Assembly: GCA_029775875.1 (NCBI GenBank)
Contig: JARVKD010000001.1
Location: 810 to 64,809 of the forward strand
Source: Nitrososphaeria archaeon
Lineage (GTDB): Archaea > Thermoproteota > Nitrososphaeria > Nitrososphaerales > JACAEJ01
Direction: 5' to 3'
DNA: 64,000 nt
This document shows, one piece after another, positions 9,102 to 18,966 of the stretch. A program made the translations under genes and the position numbers. The notes beneath the pieces are model-generated. The model was not told where the DNA came from. It did no database searches and worked only from the letters and a program-made list of their open reading frames with translations. The first letter of the stretch is position 1, and each line of letters opens with the position of its first letter.

Positions 9102-10364
9102 TTACTTCATCAAAGAAACTATCAGAGGTAAAACTTCTGCCCCCTTCAAGGTCTTTAAGCTACCTTTGGAAGCCTCTTTTTCAGTAAACCTGCATGTGCC
9201 ATCTTTGGCTTTACTAATTCCAGATATGAGCAATGGTACAGGATCTGCGCTATGATTCTTAATCTGACAAGGTGTTGAATGATCTGCAGATATGGCGATT
9301 ATAACGTCATCTAAACTGATAAGATTTATCAAAGTTCTAAAGAACCTTGAATCAATGTCTTCTATCACCTTTTTCTTCAAAATGGCATCTCCATCGTGTC
9401 CAGGCTCATCAGGTCCTTTTATGTGCACATAAACACAATCATAACTCTTTAGCAACTCGGCAGTCCTTTTCGCTTTTATTTCATAATCCTTGATTCCACC
9501 AGCTTCAACCTCTACCATGCCAGTTAGCCTTGCTATCCCTCTCTCTACAGGCATGTCCAATAAGCATGCGAACTTTAAGCCGTACTTTTCATCAAGCCTC
9601 TTAAGTCTTGGTAAAGAATTTCCTGCATCCCTTAACAATATTACATTGGCAGGCTTCTTGCCAGATTTCTCTCTAGACAAATTTACAGGATGATTCGTTA
9701 AAACTTCAATCGATTTTTCAGTAAATTCATTGACCAAATCAGCAGATAGCTTTGTTTCAAATCTATCATCCAAGGCTTGAACCCTCTGTAACTTTAGAAC
9801 TTCTTGCTCTGTCTTTGCAACTCCAATCCCTTTCAACCTTAAGTACGCTGGATCCGAATTAGATATGTTCGATGATAATAGTACACCTTCCACTCTGATC
9901 GATAAAGCTGCTCTATGGGCTACAGTCGATACGAATTCAAAAGAAGTCTTTGGATGAGATAGTTTTACTTGTTTGTTGATAGATTCTGCAAGTATCTTAG
10001 CTTCTTCGTTTGATAAATCTCTCCCAGCCCTTCTATCTAATATATTCATACCTTTGTCGATGGTGGCAAAATTAGCCCTTAGCGCAAGGTCTCCGTCTCT
10101 AAAATCAACTCCTGAGCCAATAACCTCTATAACTCCTCTCCCAACATAGCCTTCTTTGAATTCATAGCCAAGCATGTTGAATACAGCTATATCTGATTCG
10201 GGCGCAATACTCTTGCCTACGGGATAAACAAGACCGCTGAACCCTTTTCTAGCCAAAGAATCTAAATTTGGTGTATATGCTGCCTCAAGAGGCGTAATAT
10301 AATTTAGCCTAGGGTCAGGCCTATCGCCCACACCATCAAGCAAAACATAAACCAATCTACCCAT
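9102..10364 (-). CDS. apgM: 2,3-bisphosphoglycerate-independent phosphoglycerate mutase, archaeal type
   Basis: MGRLVYVLLDGVGDRP N-terminus, ...HIKGPDEPGHDGD..., SADHSTP; length 420 aa. Confidence 0.9.
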   Translation of the reverse strand: MGRLVYVLLDGVGDRPDPRLNYITPLEAAYTPNLDSLARKGFSGLVYPVGKSIAPESDIAVFNMLGYEFKEGYVGRGVIEVIGSGVDFRDGDLALRANFATIDKGMNILDRRAGRDLSNEEAKILAESINKQVKLSHPKTSFEFVSTVAHRAALSIRVEGVLLSSNISNSDPAYLRLKGIGVAKTEQEVLKLQRVQALDDRFETKLSADLVNEFTEKSIEVLTNHPVNLSREKSGKKPANVILLRDAGNSLPRLKRLDEKYGLKFACLLDMPVERGIARLTGMVEVEAGGIKDYEIKAKRTAELLKSYDCVYVHIKGPDEPGHDGDAILKKKVIEDIDSRFFRTLINLISLDDVIIAISADHSTPCQIKNHSADPVPLLISGISKAKDGTCRFTEKEASKGSLKTLKGAEVLPLIVSLMK

Positions 10365-10418
10365 GGCTTATTATCGTTATTCTCATCCATAAGAACTTGT
10401 CGAGGTTTGCTGAAGCTT

Positions 10419-11157
10419 TTACTTTCTTATTCTTTGGACTATCGTGGCTACTTTTCCTTCAAAATCTGTAAAGGCTTCGGCTGGAAAGCTATAATATGGC
10501 TGCGCTAATTCTAACTTTTTTATTTGACATATAAAGAAGATAATCGCTTTGCTGGAAGAACCTCCAAATCTTAGTAATGCCAGCATCATTAATCGCTTTT
10601 ATATAAGGTGCTAGATTCAAAATCCTATCAAAGCTTATTCTTTGCATTGGATTATCTAACCATGGACTTATATCTTTACTGTTGCCCAAGATATAGTCCT
10701 AACTTCTGGGATTATAATAGTCACAGTTGGTTGTAGATTTCTTATGGTTTCTGTTGGCATACTCCATTTTAAATTATCTTTTTTAGCTACCTCTATTGGC
10801 AACTCCTTTAGAAATTCGAATATCCCTGTATCTTCAGTATTGTATTCGCCAAATGTCTCTATCTCTAAAGCAATGGATATGACATCTCCAGGCGTAGCAG
10901 CAAGCCAATCACAATACCTTTCAGCCGTTAAAGGGTTTATCTGACTTTTCAGTAGAAATTATCATTTCCATTAAATAATTAAGAGTTGGATTGTAGCATT
11001 TCTTGAATAATCTCTCGAAAACTTCTTGGTTTAATTTATCATCAAAGTATCTATCCATTAAGGATGCTCCTTCTGTCATCCTTTTAACTCTCTCATAAGG
11101 AAAGGCTTTGTTGAGCCTTATAGGTTGGTGCATAATAAGATAGAGACAAATATGCAT
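10419..11157 (-). pseudogene. decayed GH57-family glycoside hydrolase (alpha-amylase/COG1449-like)
   Basis: Three frames on the minus strand carry consecutive GH57 pieces. These are MHICLYLIMHQPIRL...YFDDKLNQEVFERLFKKCYNPTLNYLMEMI (stop at 10921), RYCDWLAATPGDVISIALEIETFGEYNTEDTGIFEFLKELP...ISWA, GNSKDISPWLDNPMQ...WRFFQQSDYLLYMS, then QPYYSFPAEAFTDFE. At least 2 frameshifts plus a large internal deletion. Confidence 0.65.
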
Positions 11158-11380
11158 ACTATCTACGCGAACATCTTTTTCTTGCATCTCCAAATTATTC
11201 AAGTTTTCATCTGGTTGTAGGTTCTTATCTGTCTTTATAAGCATAAAAGCATCAGAGTTTATGGGAGTTTGTATAAACATATAACACTTTTTTCATATCA
11301 AACTACCAATCATCATGCACATATTCTAAAACATCCATAAAGACTATTAATCATAATACTTAAGATAAGTAAGATAAAGA

Positions 11381-12421
11381 TTGGGCGAGCTTAGAAAAGA
11401 TTACTTTACTGATAGATTAGCAATAGTCACAAAAGGCGTAACTAAACGCCCTATGGCTCTTAGATTTGAGGAAGAGATTAGTAAGAAATGCCCCTACTGC
11501 CCTGGTCATGAGGATATGAGTTTACCAGCAGAACTTGTACTCGTTCAGAGAGAAGGGGCTCTAATTAAGCTTGCTGATACGGAAGGAGAAATCATAAGGG
11601 ATTGGTGCGTGAGAGTCTTACCCGATAAATTCCCTATAGTGGCTCTCGACGCTGCTACTACTTATGGTGATGAACCTCTTTATCGTGAACCCGCTTATGG
11701 TTATCATTACATCATTGTAGCTAGCCCAAAACATGATGAGTTCTTTTCAAGGATGAGTCTAGACCAGTGGGTAAACGTACTCTCAGTAGTTCAAGATAGA
11801 GTTAGATGGCTATATAGTCAAAAAAACGTGTCATACGTCTCAATTTTTGCTAATCATGGGAAGGACGCTGGCGCTTTGGTCGAGCATCCACATCTCCAGA
11901 TTATCACTTTACCCCGCTTACCCCCTGTTATAGAACAGGAGGCATCTAAAGTACAAAAATCTATGAGTGAATTAGGTATCTGCCCCATGTGTAATGTATT
12001 GCACATTGAATCAGGCGGTCCAAGACAGATTCTTGCTACAGATCATTTTATTGCCTTTAGTCCATGGGCCCCATCCTATGCTTTTGAATACTGGATTTTC
12101 CCAAAGAAGCATCAGACTAGCATCCTTAGAATCACTCAAAAAGAAATCAAAGATTTGGCGTTGACACTAAGATCAACACTAGGTGGCTTATCCAACGTTC
12201 TGAACGATCCATCTTACAGTATGATATTCCATATATCTTCTGAGAAAAAAACTACAAGACAACTTCATTGGCATATAGAGATTTACCCACAGCACAAAAG
12301 GCTAAATGGTTTTGAGATAGGTACAAAGACATACATAAATCAGCTTTCGCCAGAGCAGGCAGCTGAATTGCTTGGTAGTGCATCCAGGAAGGAGCTTGCA
12401 AAACTTCTTGGTATCTCTTAA
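11381..12421 (+). CDS. galactose-1-phosphate uridylyltransferase-family (GalT-like) nucleotidyltransferase
   Basis: TTG start. CPYCPGHE zinc motif and HPHLQI (HxHxQ) active-site motif. Confidence 0.8.
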   Translation: MGELRKDYFTDRLAIVTKGVTKRPMALRFEEEISKKCPYCPGHEDMSLPAELVLVQREGALIKLADTEGEIIRDWCVRVLPDKFPIVALDAATTYGDEPLYREPAYGYHYIIVASPKHDEFFSRMSLDQWVNVLSVVQDRVRWLYSQKNVSYVSIFANHGKDAGALVEHPHLQIITLPRLPPVIEQEASKVQKSMSELGICPMCNVLHIESGGPRQILATDHFIAFSPWAPSYAFEYWIFPKKHQTSILRITQKEIKDLALTLRSTLGGLSNVLNDPSYSMIFHISSEKKTTRQLHWHIEIYPQHKRLNGFEIGTKTYINQLSPEQAAELLGSASRKELAKLLGIS

Positions 12422-12433
12422 AGTGGAAAGTAG

Positions 12434-13165
12434 GTGAAAAAATCTATGGCGAAACAGAATCTGAAAGCTGTAATCCTAGCGGGAGGTCTTGGGACAAGAC
12501 TTCATCCATACACCCTCTTCATGCCCAAGCCCATGTTGCCATTGGGGGATAAGCCTGTTCTTGAGCACTTGATATCTTGGCTATACAATAATGGAATAAA
12601 AGAGATGATTATTTGTGTGAGCTATCTAAGAAGAATGATAGAAGACTATTTCAGAGATGGGAAGGAACTAGGAGTTAAGATCACCTATGCAAGGACAAAT
12701 ACGCCCATGGGTACAGCAGGTCAATTGAAAAGTGCAGAGAAGTTCGTAGATGGAACTTTCTTATGCGTTTATGGAGATTCAATTTATGATTTTGATGTTA
12801 AAGATATGATAGACTTTCATTATAAAAAAAAGGCACTAGCAACCATAGCTTTGTTACCATATAAAACAACTCTAAAATACGGTTTCATAGACATTGATAA
12901 AAACGAACTCGTTAAGAGATGGAGAGAGAAGCCTAGCATAGAAGGCCTAATTAACATAGGTTGCTACGTCATGGAGCCAAAGTTTCTAAATTATGTGCCA
13001 AAAGATACCAGGTTAGGAATGAATTTTGCCTTCGAGAAAGCCATGAAAGAAAAGGAGAAAATATATGGTTATAATGTTAAGGGCAGCTTTATAGATATTG
13101 GGGATAAGAGAGGCTATATTGGAGTTTATAAAAAGTTTCTAGGTAAATTGGGAGACATACTTTAA
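12434..13165 (+). CDS. sugar-1-phosphate nucleotidyltransferase
   Basis: AVILAGGLGTRLHPYT (G-x-G-T-R-L signature); 243 aa. ATG 12446 is a possible alternative to the GTG start. Confidence 0.85.
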   Translation: MKKSMAKQNLKAVILAGGLGTRLHPYTLFMPKPMLPLGDKPVLEHLISWLYNNGIKEMIICVSYLRRMIEDYFRDGKELGVKITYARTNTPMGTAGQLKSAEKFVDGTFLCVYGDSIYDFDVKDMIDFHYKKKALATIALLPYKTTLKYGFIDIDKNELVKRWREKPSIEGLINIGCYVMEPKFLNYVPKDTRLGMNFAFEKAMKEKEKIYGYNVKGSFIDIGDKRGYIGVYKKFLGKLGDIL

Positions 13166-13328
13166 TATAGAATTCGGCTTAACTTGGTTACGATCAAATC
13201 TTGTCTTGATTCAAAATCATGCAAAAGTTTGCCATATCTTGACGACTCAGTCAAATGCCTTTATCTCATTTGTTCAGATTAACTCTGAAACATCATCGTC
13301 GTCTTAACTATTATCTCTTTTCGCGTTA

Positions 13329-14015
13329 TTATACTTTATTTTCCTTTTTGAGGCTATCAAGCAAGGCTATAATATCTCTTAAAGAATATATGAGATAATC
13401 TGGCTCTGATTCAACCAAATTTTTGATATTTGATACGCCAGTCGGTACAGCCACAGAGATGACTTTAGCTACCTTCGCTGCAAGAATGTCTATGACACTA
13501 TCTCCGACATATATCGCTTCTTTTGCATTAATTCCTAAAACTTCTATAGCCTTTTTTATGCTACCCCCATCTGGCTTTAGTTCCTTTGAATCCTCCCTTG
13601 TGATTATTACATCGAAGAAATCATTCAATCCAAACTTTTTTGAGACAATGCTTGTTGCTTTACGTCCGTTATTCGTCACTATTGCCAACTTCAGCCCAAG
13701 ATTTTTGATTTTAGCTAGAGTTTGAAGTGCATCGGGTTGAATATTCGTCTCATTTGCAGCCCTTAATTCTATCTTCTCCAGAATATCCCAGAAAGACTTT
13801 TTCAGATCTGAGAAGGTTCTTGCATCTGTACGCTCTTCTATCACCTTAAGCATAGAGTATAAATTTAATTTTTCAGACAAATTTTCAATGTTTATGCCTT
13901 TTCTTCTTATCGCTACAATAGCCTCTTTGCGGGCTTTTATGAAATCTAATGTGAATTTTACCAAGGTCCCATCGAGATCAAAGATTACTGCCTTTATGAT
14001 CAAACTCTCTACCAT
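13329..14015 (-). CDS. HAD-superfamily hydrolase, paralogue of 5326..6018
   Basis: AVIFDLDGTLV, VTNNGRK, KPDGG, GDSVIDILAAK; colinear with the other HAD protein. Confidence 0.8.
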   Translation of the reverse strand: MVESLIIKAVIFDLDGTLVKFTLDFIKARKEAIVAIRRKGINIENLSEKLNLYSMLKVIEERTDARTFSDLKKSFWDILEKIELRAANETNIQPDALQTLAKIKNLGLKLAIVTNNGRKATSIVSKKFGLNDFFDVIITREDSKELKPDGGSIKKAIEVLGINAKEAIYVGDSVIDILAAKVAKVISVAVPTGVSNIKNLVESEPDYLIYSLRDIIALLDSLKKENKV

Positions 14016-14042
14016 ATCCTTGGATAAGTCAAGGATATTAGC

Positions 14043-15191
14043 ATGTTGTTATCAAGGAAATTTATGGCAACAGTTTCTGACAGGGTTTTATTGTTATTGT
14101 CGATAAAGGAAGAAGGGAAGCGTATAGGCATAGATCATATATTCGAGAAAGTTCGTAGAGATGTATTATTCACAGATAAAAGAGAGATCGATAAAGATGA
14201 AGTGGAGAGGACTATAAAAGACCTAATCTCTAAAAGGTTAGTAGAGCGTTTTGATGATGGTTACTCTTTAAGCGAAGAAGGAGAAAAGACTATGGAAAAG
14301 ATAATCCTTGAGAAGGAGAAGGAATTGAACCGCTCTTACACCATGGTTTGGTTGGCTAAGAAATACTATCCTCATGTTGCGAGGCTCATGATACCCTTCC
14401 TTAAGGATAGAGCAGTATCTGCTGTAAAAATATTCTCTGGAAAGAAGGACCCTATAAAAGAAGTGGATGCTATATTCGTGCGTTATACAAAGTATAAGCC
14501 CAAGCCAGTTTTTCTAACCATAGATTCAGAGAGTAAGCTCATGTCATTGGTTTTTGATCACTGTATAGATTTCATACCTTATGTGCATAAAATCGATGTT
14601 CATGAACCAGATTTCTTCATTCTCGATCTTGATGCAGGATCAGAAATATTAAAGAGCCAGAAGGCCTTTGATTTCATAAAATTCGTTACTTTTGAATTAT
14701 CGAGCCTACTTATAGAGTTAGATGTAGCGCCTATGGCTAAGTTCAGTGGTTCAAGGGGCTTTCAGATATGGGCTAGCTTTGACAATAGTGAATTAAGGGA
14801 TAGAGGGGATTTATTCAAAATTTATAGAGAGATGGCCATAGCCATTCAAAACAAATTGGAAGAAAGACTTCAAAGTAAGATTGATCAAATGGTTTCCATC
14901 TTTCCAGATATAGTGCATCGTGGCAAACAGATAACAACATCAACAGTTGCTCACAAAGAAGAGAGAGCTTCCCAAATTTTGGTAGACTGGTCATCTTTAA
15001 AGCCAATGGGAGATGTAAGGGCTCCTTTTTCAATTCATTACAGGACAGGCTTAGCATCCTTGCCCATTCCTATAGATAAGATAAATGATTTTGATGTAAA
15101 AGAAGCTCATCCAATAAACATCATCAAAAATCTTGGAAGATATGAGAAAGCAGCAAATATGAAAAAATGCAATCCTCCAAAGCTAGTTTAA
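14043..15191 (+). CDS. archaeo-eukaryotic primase (AEP) superfamily protein, LigD polymerase-domain-like, with N-terminal winged-helix domain
   Basis: HEPDFFILDLDAG (DxD), MAKFSGSRGFQIWASF (SGxxGxH-type motif), ILVDWSSLKPMGDVRAPFSIHYRTGLASLPI. N-terminal ~100 aa look MarR-like wHTH. ATG 14064 is an alternative start. Confidence 0.65.
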   Translation: MLLSRKFMATVSDRVLLLLSIKEEGKRIGIDHIFEKVRRDVLFTDKREIDKDEVERTIKDLISKRLVERFDDGYSLSEEGEKTMEKIILEKEKELNRSYTMVWLAKKYYPHVARLMIPFLKDRAVSAVKIFSGKKDPIKEVDAIFVRYTKYKPKPVFLTIDSESKLMSLVFDHCIDFIPYVHKIDVHEPDFFILDLDAGSEILKSQKAFDFIKFVTFELSSLLIELDVAPMAKFSGSRGFQIWASFDNSELRDRGDLFKIYREMAIAIQNKLEERLQSKIDQMVSIFPDIVHRGKQITTSTVAHKEERASQILVDWSSLKPMGDVRAPFSIHYRTGLASLPIPIDKINDFDVKEAHPINIIKNLGRYEKAANMKKCNPPKLV

Positions 15192-15253
15192 AGAGATTTT
15201 TCATAATTTATTTATATGCTTTATATGGTTATACTTTTAAAGGAAGCATTATC

Positions 15254-16066
15254 ATGAGCGCTCATAATCTTCCTATACTGGAAGTCTTGAACCTTTGGAA
15301 AAGTTACAATGGTCATCAGGCAGTAAAAGGACTCGATCTCGATGTTAAACGAGGAGAGATCTTCGGATTGCTAGGTCCTAACGGGGCTGGTAAGACAACT
15401 ACGCTGAAAATCATAGTAGGGCTCTTAAGGATGGACAAAGGAATAGTCAAAATCGATGGGGTAGACATATCTGAGCAGCAATACGATTACAAAAAACATG
15501 TTGGCTACTTGCCTGAGAACCCTACTTTGCCTGAGTACTTGACCGCTGAGGAATTTTTAGGGTACGTAGCAAAGATAAGAGATACTCCACCAAATGAGAT
15601 TAAGGATAGGATTGAATACCATCTTAATCTCTTCAACCTCGAAAAAAGAAGAAAAGATCTCATTGTTGCATTCTCAAGAGGCATGAAGCAGAAACTAGCC
15701 CTCTCAGCCGCTTTGATTCATGAGCCATCTCTCCTAATCTTAGACGAACCTCTTATAGGGATAGATCCAACAGGGCAGCATCAAATCAAGATCAAGTTGA
15801 AGGAAATGGTAAAAGAAGGGCGTTCAGTTCTTGTTTCAACGCACATGGTCGATACAGCAGAAAGGCTTTGTGATAGGGTAGGCATAATAAATAATGGCAG
15901 AAATGTAGCCTCTGGTAGCTTGGAAAAGCTAAGGCGCATAGCTGAGATGGGCGAGGATTCTACTCTAGAGCAGATATTTTTGAAGCTGACTGAAGAGGCT
16001 GAAGAAGTTGTCGAGGAGAAGCCTGTGCGAAGGAGACTTTTCGGTCTATTTAGGAAGAGAAGATAA
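15254..16066 (+). CDS. ABC transporter ATP-binding protein (ABC-2 type)
   Basis: GLLGPNGAGKTT (Walker A), FSRGMKQKLAL (signature-like), LLILDEP (Walker B). The track ORF starts at 15167, but ATG 15254 (MSAHNLPILEV) fits the family N-terminus. Confidence 0.9.
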   Translation: MSAHNLPILEVLNLWKSYNGHQAVKGLDLDVKRGEIFGLLGPNGAGKTTTLKIIVGLLRMDKGIVKIDGVDISEQQYDYKKHVGYLPENPTLPEYLTAEEFLGYVAKIRDTPPNEIKDRIEYHLNLFNLEKRRKDLIVAFSRGMKQKLALSAALIHEPSLLILDEPLIGIDPTGQHQIKIKLKEMVKEGRSVLVSTHMVDTAERLCDRVGIINNGRNVASGSLEKLRRIAEMGEDSTLEQIFLKLTEEAEEVVEEKPVRRRLFGLFRKRR

Positions 16067-17622
16067 TGGGAAAGATCACAACTATTTTAATCTTCAAAAT
16101 AAAGCAGTACTTCGGTCCCCTCAGATCATCAAAGGCTAGTCTTCTTTTAGGCATCTTAACCTTCTTGAGTCTTAATTTTGTAGGATTTTTCTTTGGCTTA
16201 GGTTTACCTAGTACGCCTTTTTGGACAGAGCCTGATCGTCTAATTGACATACTCTCAGCCTTCCTATCTATATTTCTTGCAATAAGTCTGGTCTTGAGCT
16301 TAAGAGGAGGAGTTACAGCTTTTCAAGCAGAGCTGGACTTCTTCTTTACGTCGGCCATAAAGCCCAGACAGTATATTTTGTCAGACCTGATCTTCCAATT
16401 CATAGTTCTTCACCTTCTATTTTCTCCCTTCATTCCTTTTATCATAGGTTTGGCTTTAAGGTTGGGCATAACTGCTCTGACTGCTTTGATTGCAGCTTTT
16501 ATTTACGAAATGTTTGTCTTCCTGGTGTTACTGAGCATGCAATCTCTTGGTATTCTGAATCTCATCGCCCCTCACAAGAGGACTAAAGTCTTGATTATAG
16601 CGATAATGATTGCTCTTCTCTTGCCGAGCTTGAGTTTTATACACTCTTTTCCTCTGAAATATTCTGATTTACCATATCCATCTACTTTTGCAGCAAAAGC
16701 AATTGTCCATTTGTTAGAGCAAAGTCCCGTTGAATTGTTGAACATATATTCTCTTGGAGCTTTTATTGCCCTTGCTTTTATTTTTCATTATATAATATCG
16801 AGAAAGGACCTTTTTTACTACGTCAGACCCACTGTGATGCTATCCTTTTTTGAGAGCAGACCCCAGGCTCAAGCTATTCAACAGAGGAGGATGCTTGAAA
16901 GATTTGGACCCATGACGACCTTTCTGACCCTAGACCCTACAAAAGGTTCATTGACAAGCTTTATGATAAAAAAGCATTTCATACGTATAATCAGAGACGG
17001 GAGTCTACTCCCTTTGATCATACTCTTCGTAATTTACGGAGCAGTTAGCATACTTTCTCTGAACTTTTCACCAACTTCAAGTGCAAGGGAGATTGAATCA
17101 GCTCTTTTCACTTTGACCTTCTACAGTGCTTTGGTTCCTTCTATGCTGGCTATGTCATGGAACTCTTATGAAAGAGAAAATCTATGGATACTTTTGACCT
17201 CTGGTGGGCGAATAATCGAGTACTTTAAATCCTTCTTTGTAGCTTCTTTGGTTCTTGCTCTCATTATGCCTTGGGGGCTTTTAATCATCTCCCTTCCGTT
17301 CATTGGCCTATCATCCTTATGGCTTATATTAAGTGCACTTGCTATTGCTTCCTTCTCTTCTGCTTTTGCAATTCTAACTTTAATCTTAATAAGTGTACCA
17401 AAGGAAGGTAGCCTATCTGCTGGGTACCTTTTTGTCATAATCCTGCCTATAATAGGTGCTTATGTCGGGGCCTCACCGTTTCTGGCCATGCTGGTAATAG
17501 TTTCAGACTATCCGATTCAGTCTCAATTATTATTCGCTGCAATTCTAATAGGATATCTAGCATTAGCATTGTTCGGGCTTTTGAAACTGATAGAAAAGAA
17601 GGCCAAATCCATCAAGATATGA
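16066..17622 (+). CDS. polytopic membrane protein, putative permease partner of the ABC ATPase
   Basis: 518 aa with more than 10 hydrophobic helices. Start overlaps the ATPase stop (TAATG); no family motif recognised. Confidence 0.55.
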   Translation: MGKITTILIFKIKQYFGPLRSSKASLLLGILTFLSLNFVGFFFGLGLPSTPFWTEPDRLIDILSAFLSIFLAISLVLSLRGGVTAFQAELDFFFTSAIKPRQYILSDLIFQFIVLHLLFSPFIPFIIGLALRLGITALTALIAAFIYEMFVFLVLLSMQSLGILNLIAPHKRTKVLIIAIMIALLLPSLSFIHSFPLKYSDLPYPSTFAAKAIVHLLEQSPVELLNIYSLGAFIALAFIFHYIISRKDLFYYVRPTVMLSFFESRPQAQAIQQRRMLERFGPMTTFLTLDPTKGSLTSFMIKKHFIRIIRDGSLLPLIILFVIYGAVSILSLNFSPTSSAREIESALFTLTFYSALVPSMLAMSWNSYERENLWILLTSGGRIIEYFKSFFVASLVLALIMPWGLLIISLPFIGLSSLWLILSALAIASFSSAFAILTLILISVPKEGSLSAGYLFVIILPIIGAYVGASPFLAMLVIVSDYPIQSQLLFAAILIGYLALALFGLLKLIEKKAKSIKI

Positions 17623-17627
17623 TTTGG

Positions 17628-18215
17628 TCATTTAACGATTAAAATCATATCAAGCATACCATCAAGCTCATTAAGAAAATTAGAGAATTTATCAATTGGC
17701 ACTATAGGGACCTTGCTTACAAAGAAGACTTGCTCACTATAGAGTGTGACTATTACAGGAATTACGTATAATAAGTTAAACTTTTTAGATTCATCGGCCC
17801 TTAGAAGATTCTCGACTCTTTTTATCTGGGCTTCTACTATCTTCGATATGCTTGATGCCCCCATCGAGCGATGCCAGTGCTTACAATCTATGGCCAAACT
17901 CTTTCCATCTTTAACTGCCAATACGTCTATCTCTGCCCTGGGATGCTTTAGCCTAAAGTTCTTATGAACTGTGTAGCCATTATATATCATAATAGTAGAG
18001 ATGAATTCTTCGAAGTCCTTCCAGCTCAAGACTCTTGAGACTTCATCAATACTCGAACCTAGCTTTAAGGCTAAAACTGAAGTCAATAATTTTGCTCCCT
18101 TTTCGAATTCAACAGCATTCCCATCAAACTTAGCTATATTCTCGCCTTCAAGAGAGATCAATATTTCTTTTAAAACTTCAAAACCAAGCCCACTTTTAGA
18201 AGCAATCTTCATCAA
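17628..18215 (-). CDS. PD-(D/E)xK (Mrr_cat-like) restriction-endonuclease-fold protein
   Basis: WKDFEEFISTIMIYNGYTV...RAEIDVLAVKDGKSLAIDCKHW matches the Mrr catalytic-core layout (FE..l..GY.v, D, DxK). Confidence 0.55.
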   Translation of the reverse strand: MMKIASKSGLGFEVLKEILISLEGENIAKFDGNAVEFEKGAKLLTSVLALKLGSSIDEVSRVLSWKDFEEFISTIMIYNGYTVHKNFRLKHPRAEIDVLAVKDGKSLAIDCKHWHRSMGASSISKIVEAQIKRVENLLRADESKKFNLLYVIPVIVTLYSEQVFFVSKVPIVPIDKFSNFLNELDGMLDMILIVK

Positions 18216-18363
18216 ATCATGCTTACCCTCTACAATAAATGGAATCAGTTTGATTAAAGTAGCGGGCCTCGTCTTGATCTCCTCTGATTAAATTCTTTTA
18301 TTTCGAAAGTGCAATGTAAAAATTTATCTATTTAGTTATTAAGCCTAGAGCGAGAACTAGGAC

Positions 18364-18915
18364 ATGAGTGAAGAAAAATCTCAAAATGGCCAAAACGATC
18401 AAATTAATAGGAAAAATTTGATCAAGGCAATTACTTACATTGCAATCATAATAGCCATCATGGGCATCGTCTGGCTATTACCAAGAATCGCTTTGGGGAC
18501 ATCTACACCCTTCTTCAGCGTATCTAGTGAAAGCATGGTCCCTACTCTAAATGTTGGCGATTACATCGTGGTTAAGTATGAGCCATTCAATGAATTGAAA
18601 GTGGGCGACATAATAGTATTTCATAGTCCTATAAATCCTAACGATATAATAGTACATCGCATCAATGATACCAAAATTTACACTGGGCAAGAAGTTCTAA
18701 TAACAAAAGGGGATAACAATCTTTACCCCGATCCCTGGTATGTGGAACAAGAACATTATATAGGAAAATATACAGGTTTCAAAATTCCTTATTTAGGTTA
18801 TCTTGCTTTGCTCTTCCCTTTTCCTGTTAATTATATATTCATCATAATTGTGATTTTGATAATATTTCTTATTGAATTTCTACCTGAAAAGAAAGAAAAT
18901 AAGGTGGAGTCTTAA
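18364..18915 (+). CDS. signal peptidase I, archaeal/ER type
   Basis: N-terminal TM, then VSSESMVPTLNVGD (catalytic Ser box), HRI, GDNN. Confidence 0.8.
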   Translation: MSEEKSQNGQNDQINRKNLIKAITYIAIIIAIMGIVWLLPRIALGTSTPFFSVSSESMVPTLNVGDYIVVKYEPFNELKVGDIIVFHSPINPNDIIVHRINDTKIYTGQEVLITKGDNNLYPDPWYVEQEHYIGKYTGFKIPYLGYLALLFPFPVNYIFIIIVILIIFLIEFLPEKKENKVES

Positions 18916-18966
18916 CTATTTAAATAGTATTTAAATACTAGTCTATTTTAAATGAGGTGACCTTCC

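Noticed and set aside
10744-10944. 66-aa + strand ORF between apgM and galT.
   Set aside because: It is antisense to the middle segment of the decayed GH57 gene, whose minus-strand translation (..ETFGEYNTEDTGIFEFLKELP..) is clearly homologous.
15167-15253. N-terminal extension of the ABC ATPase ORF overlapping the AEP gene.
   Set aside because: The extension (MQSSKASLKRFFIIYLYALYGYTFKGSII) is unlike ABC N-termini. ATG 15254 gives the canonical ~30 residues before the Walker A motif.
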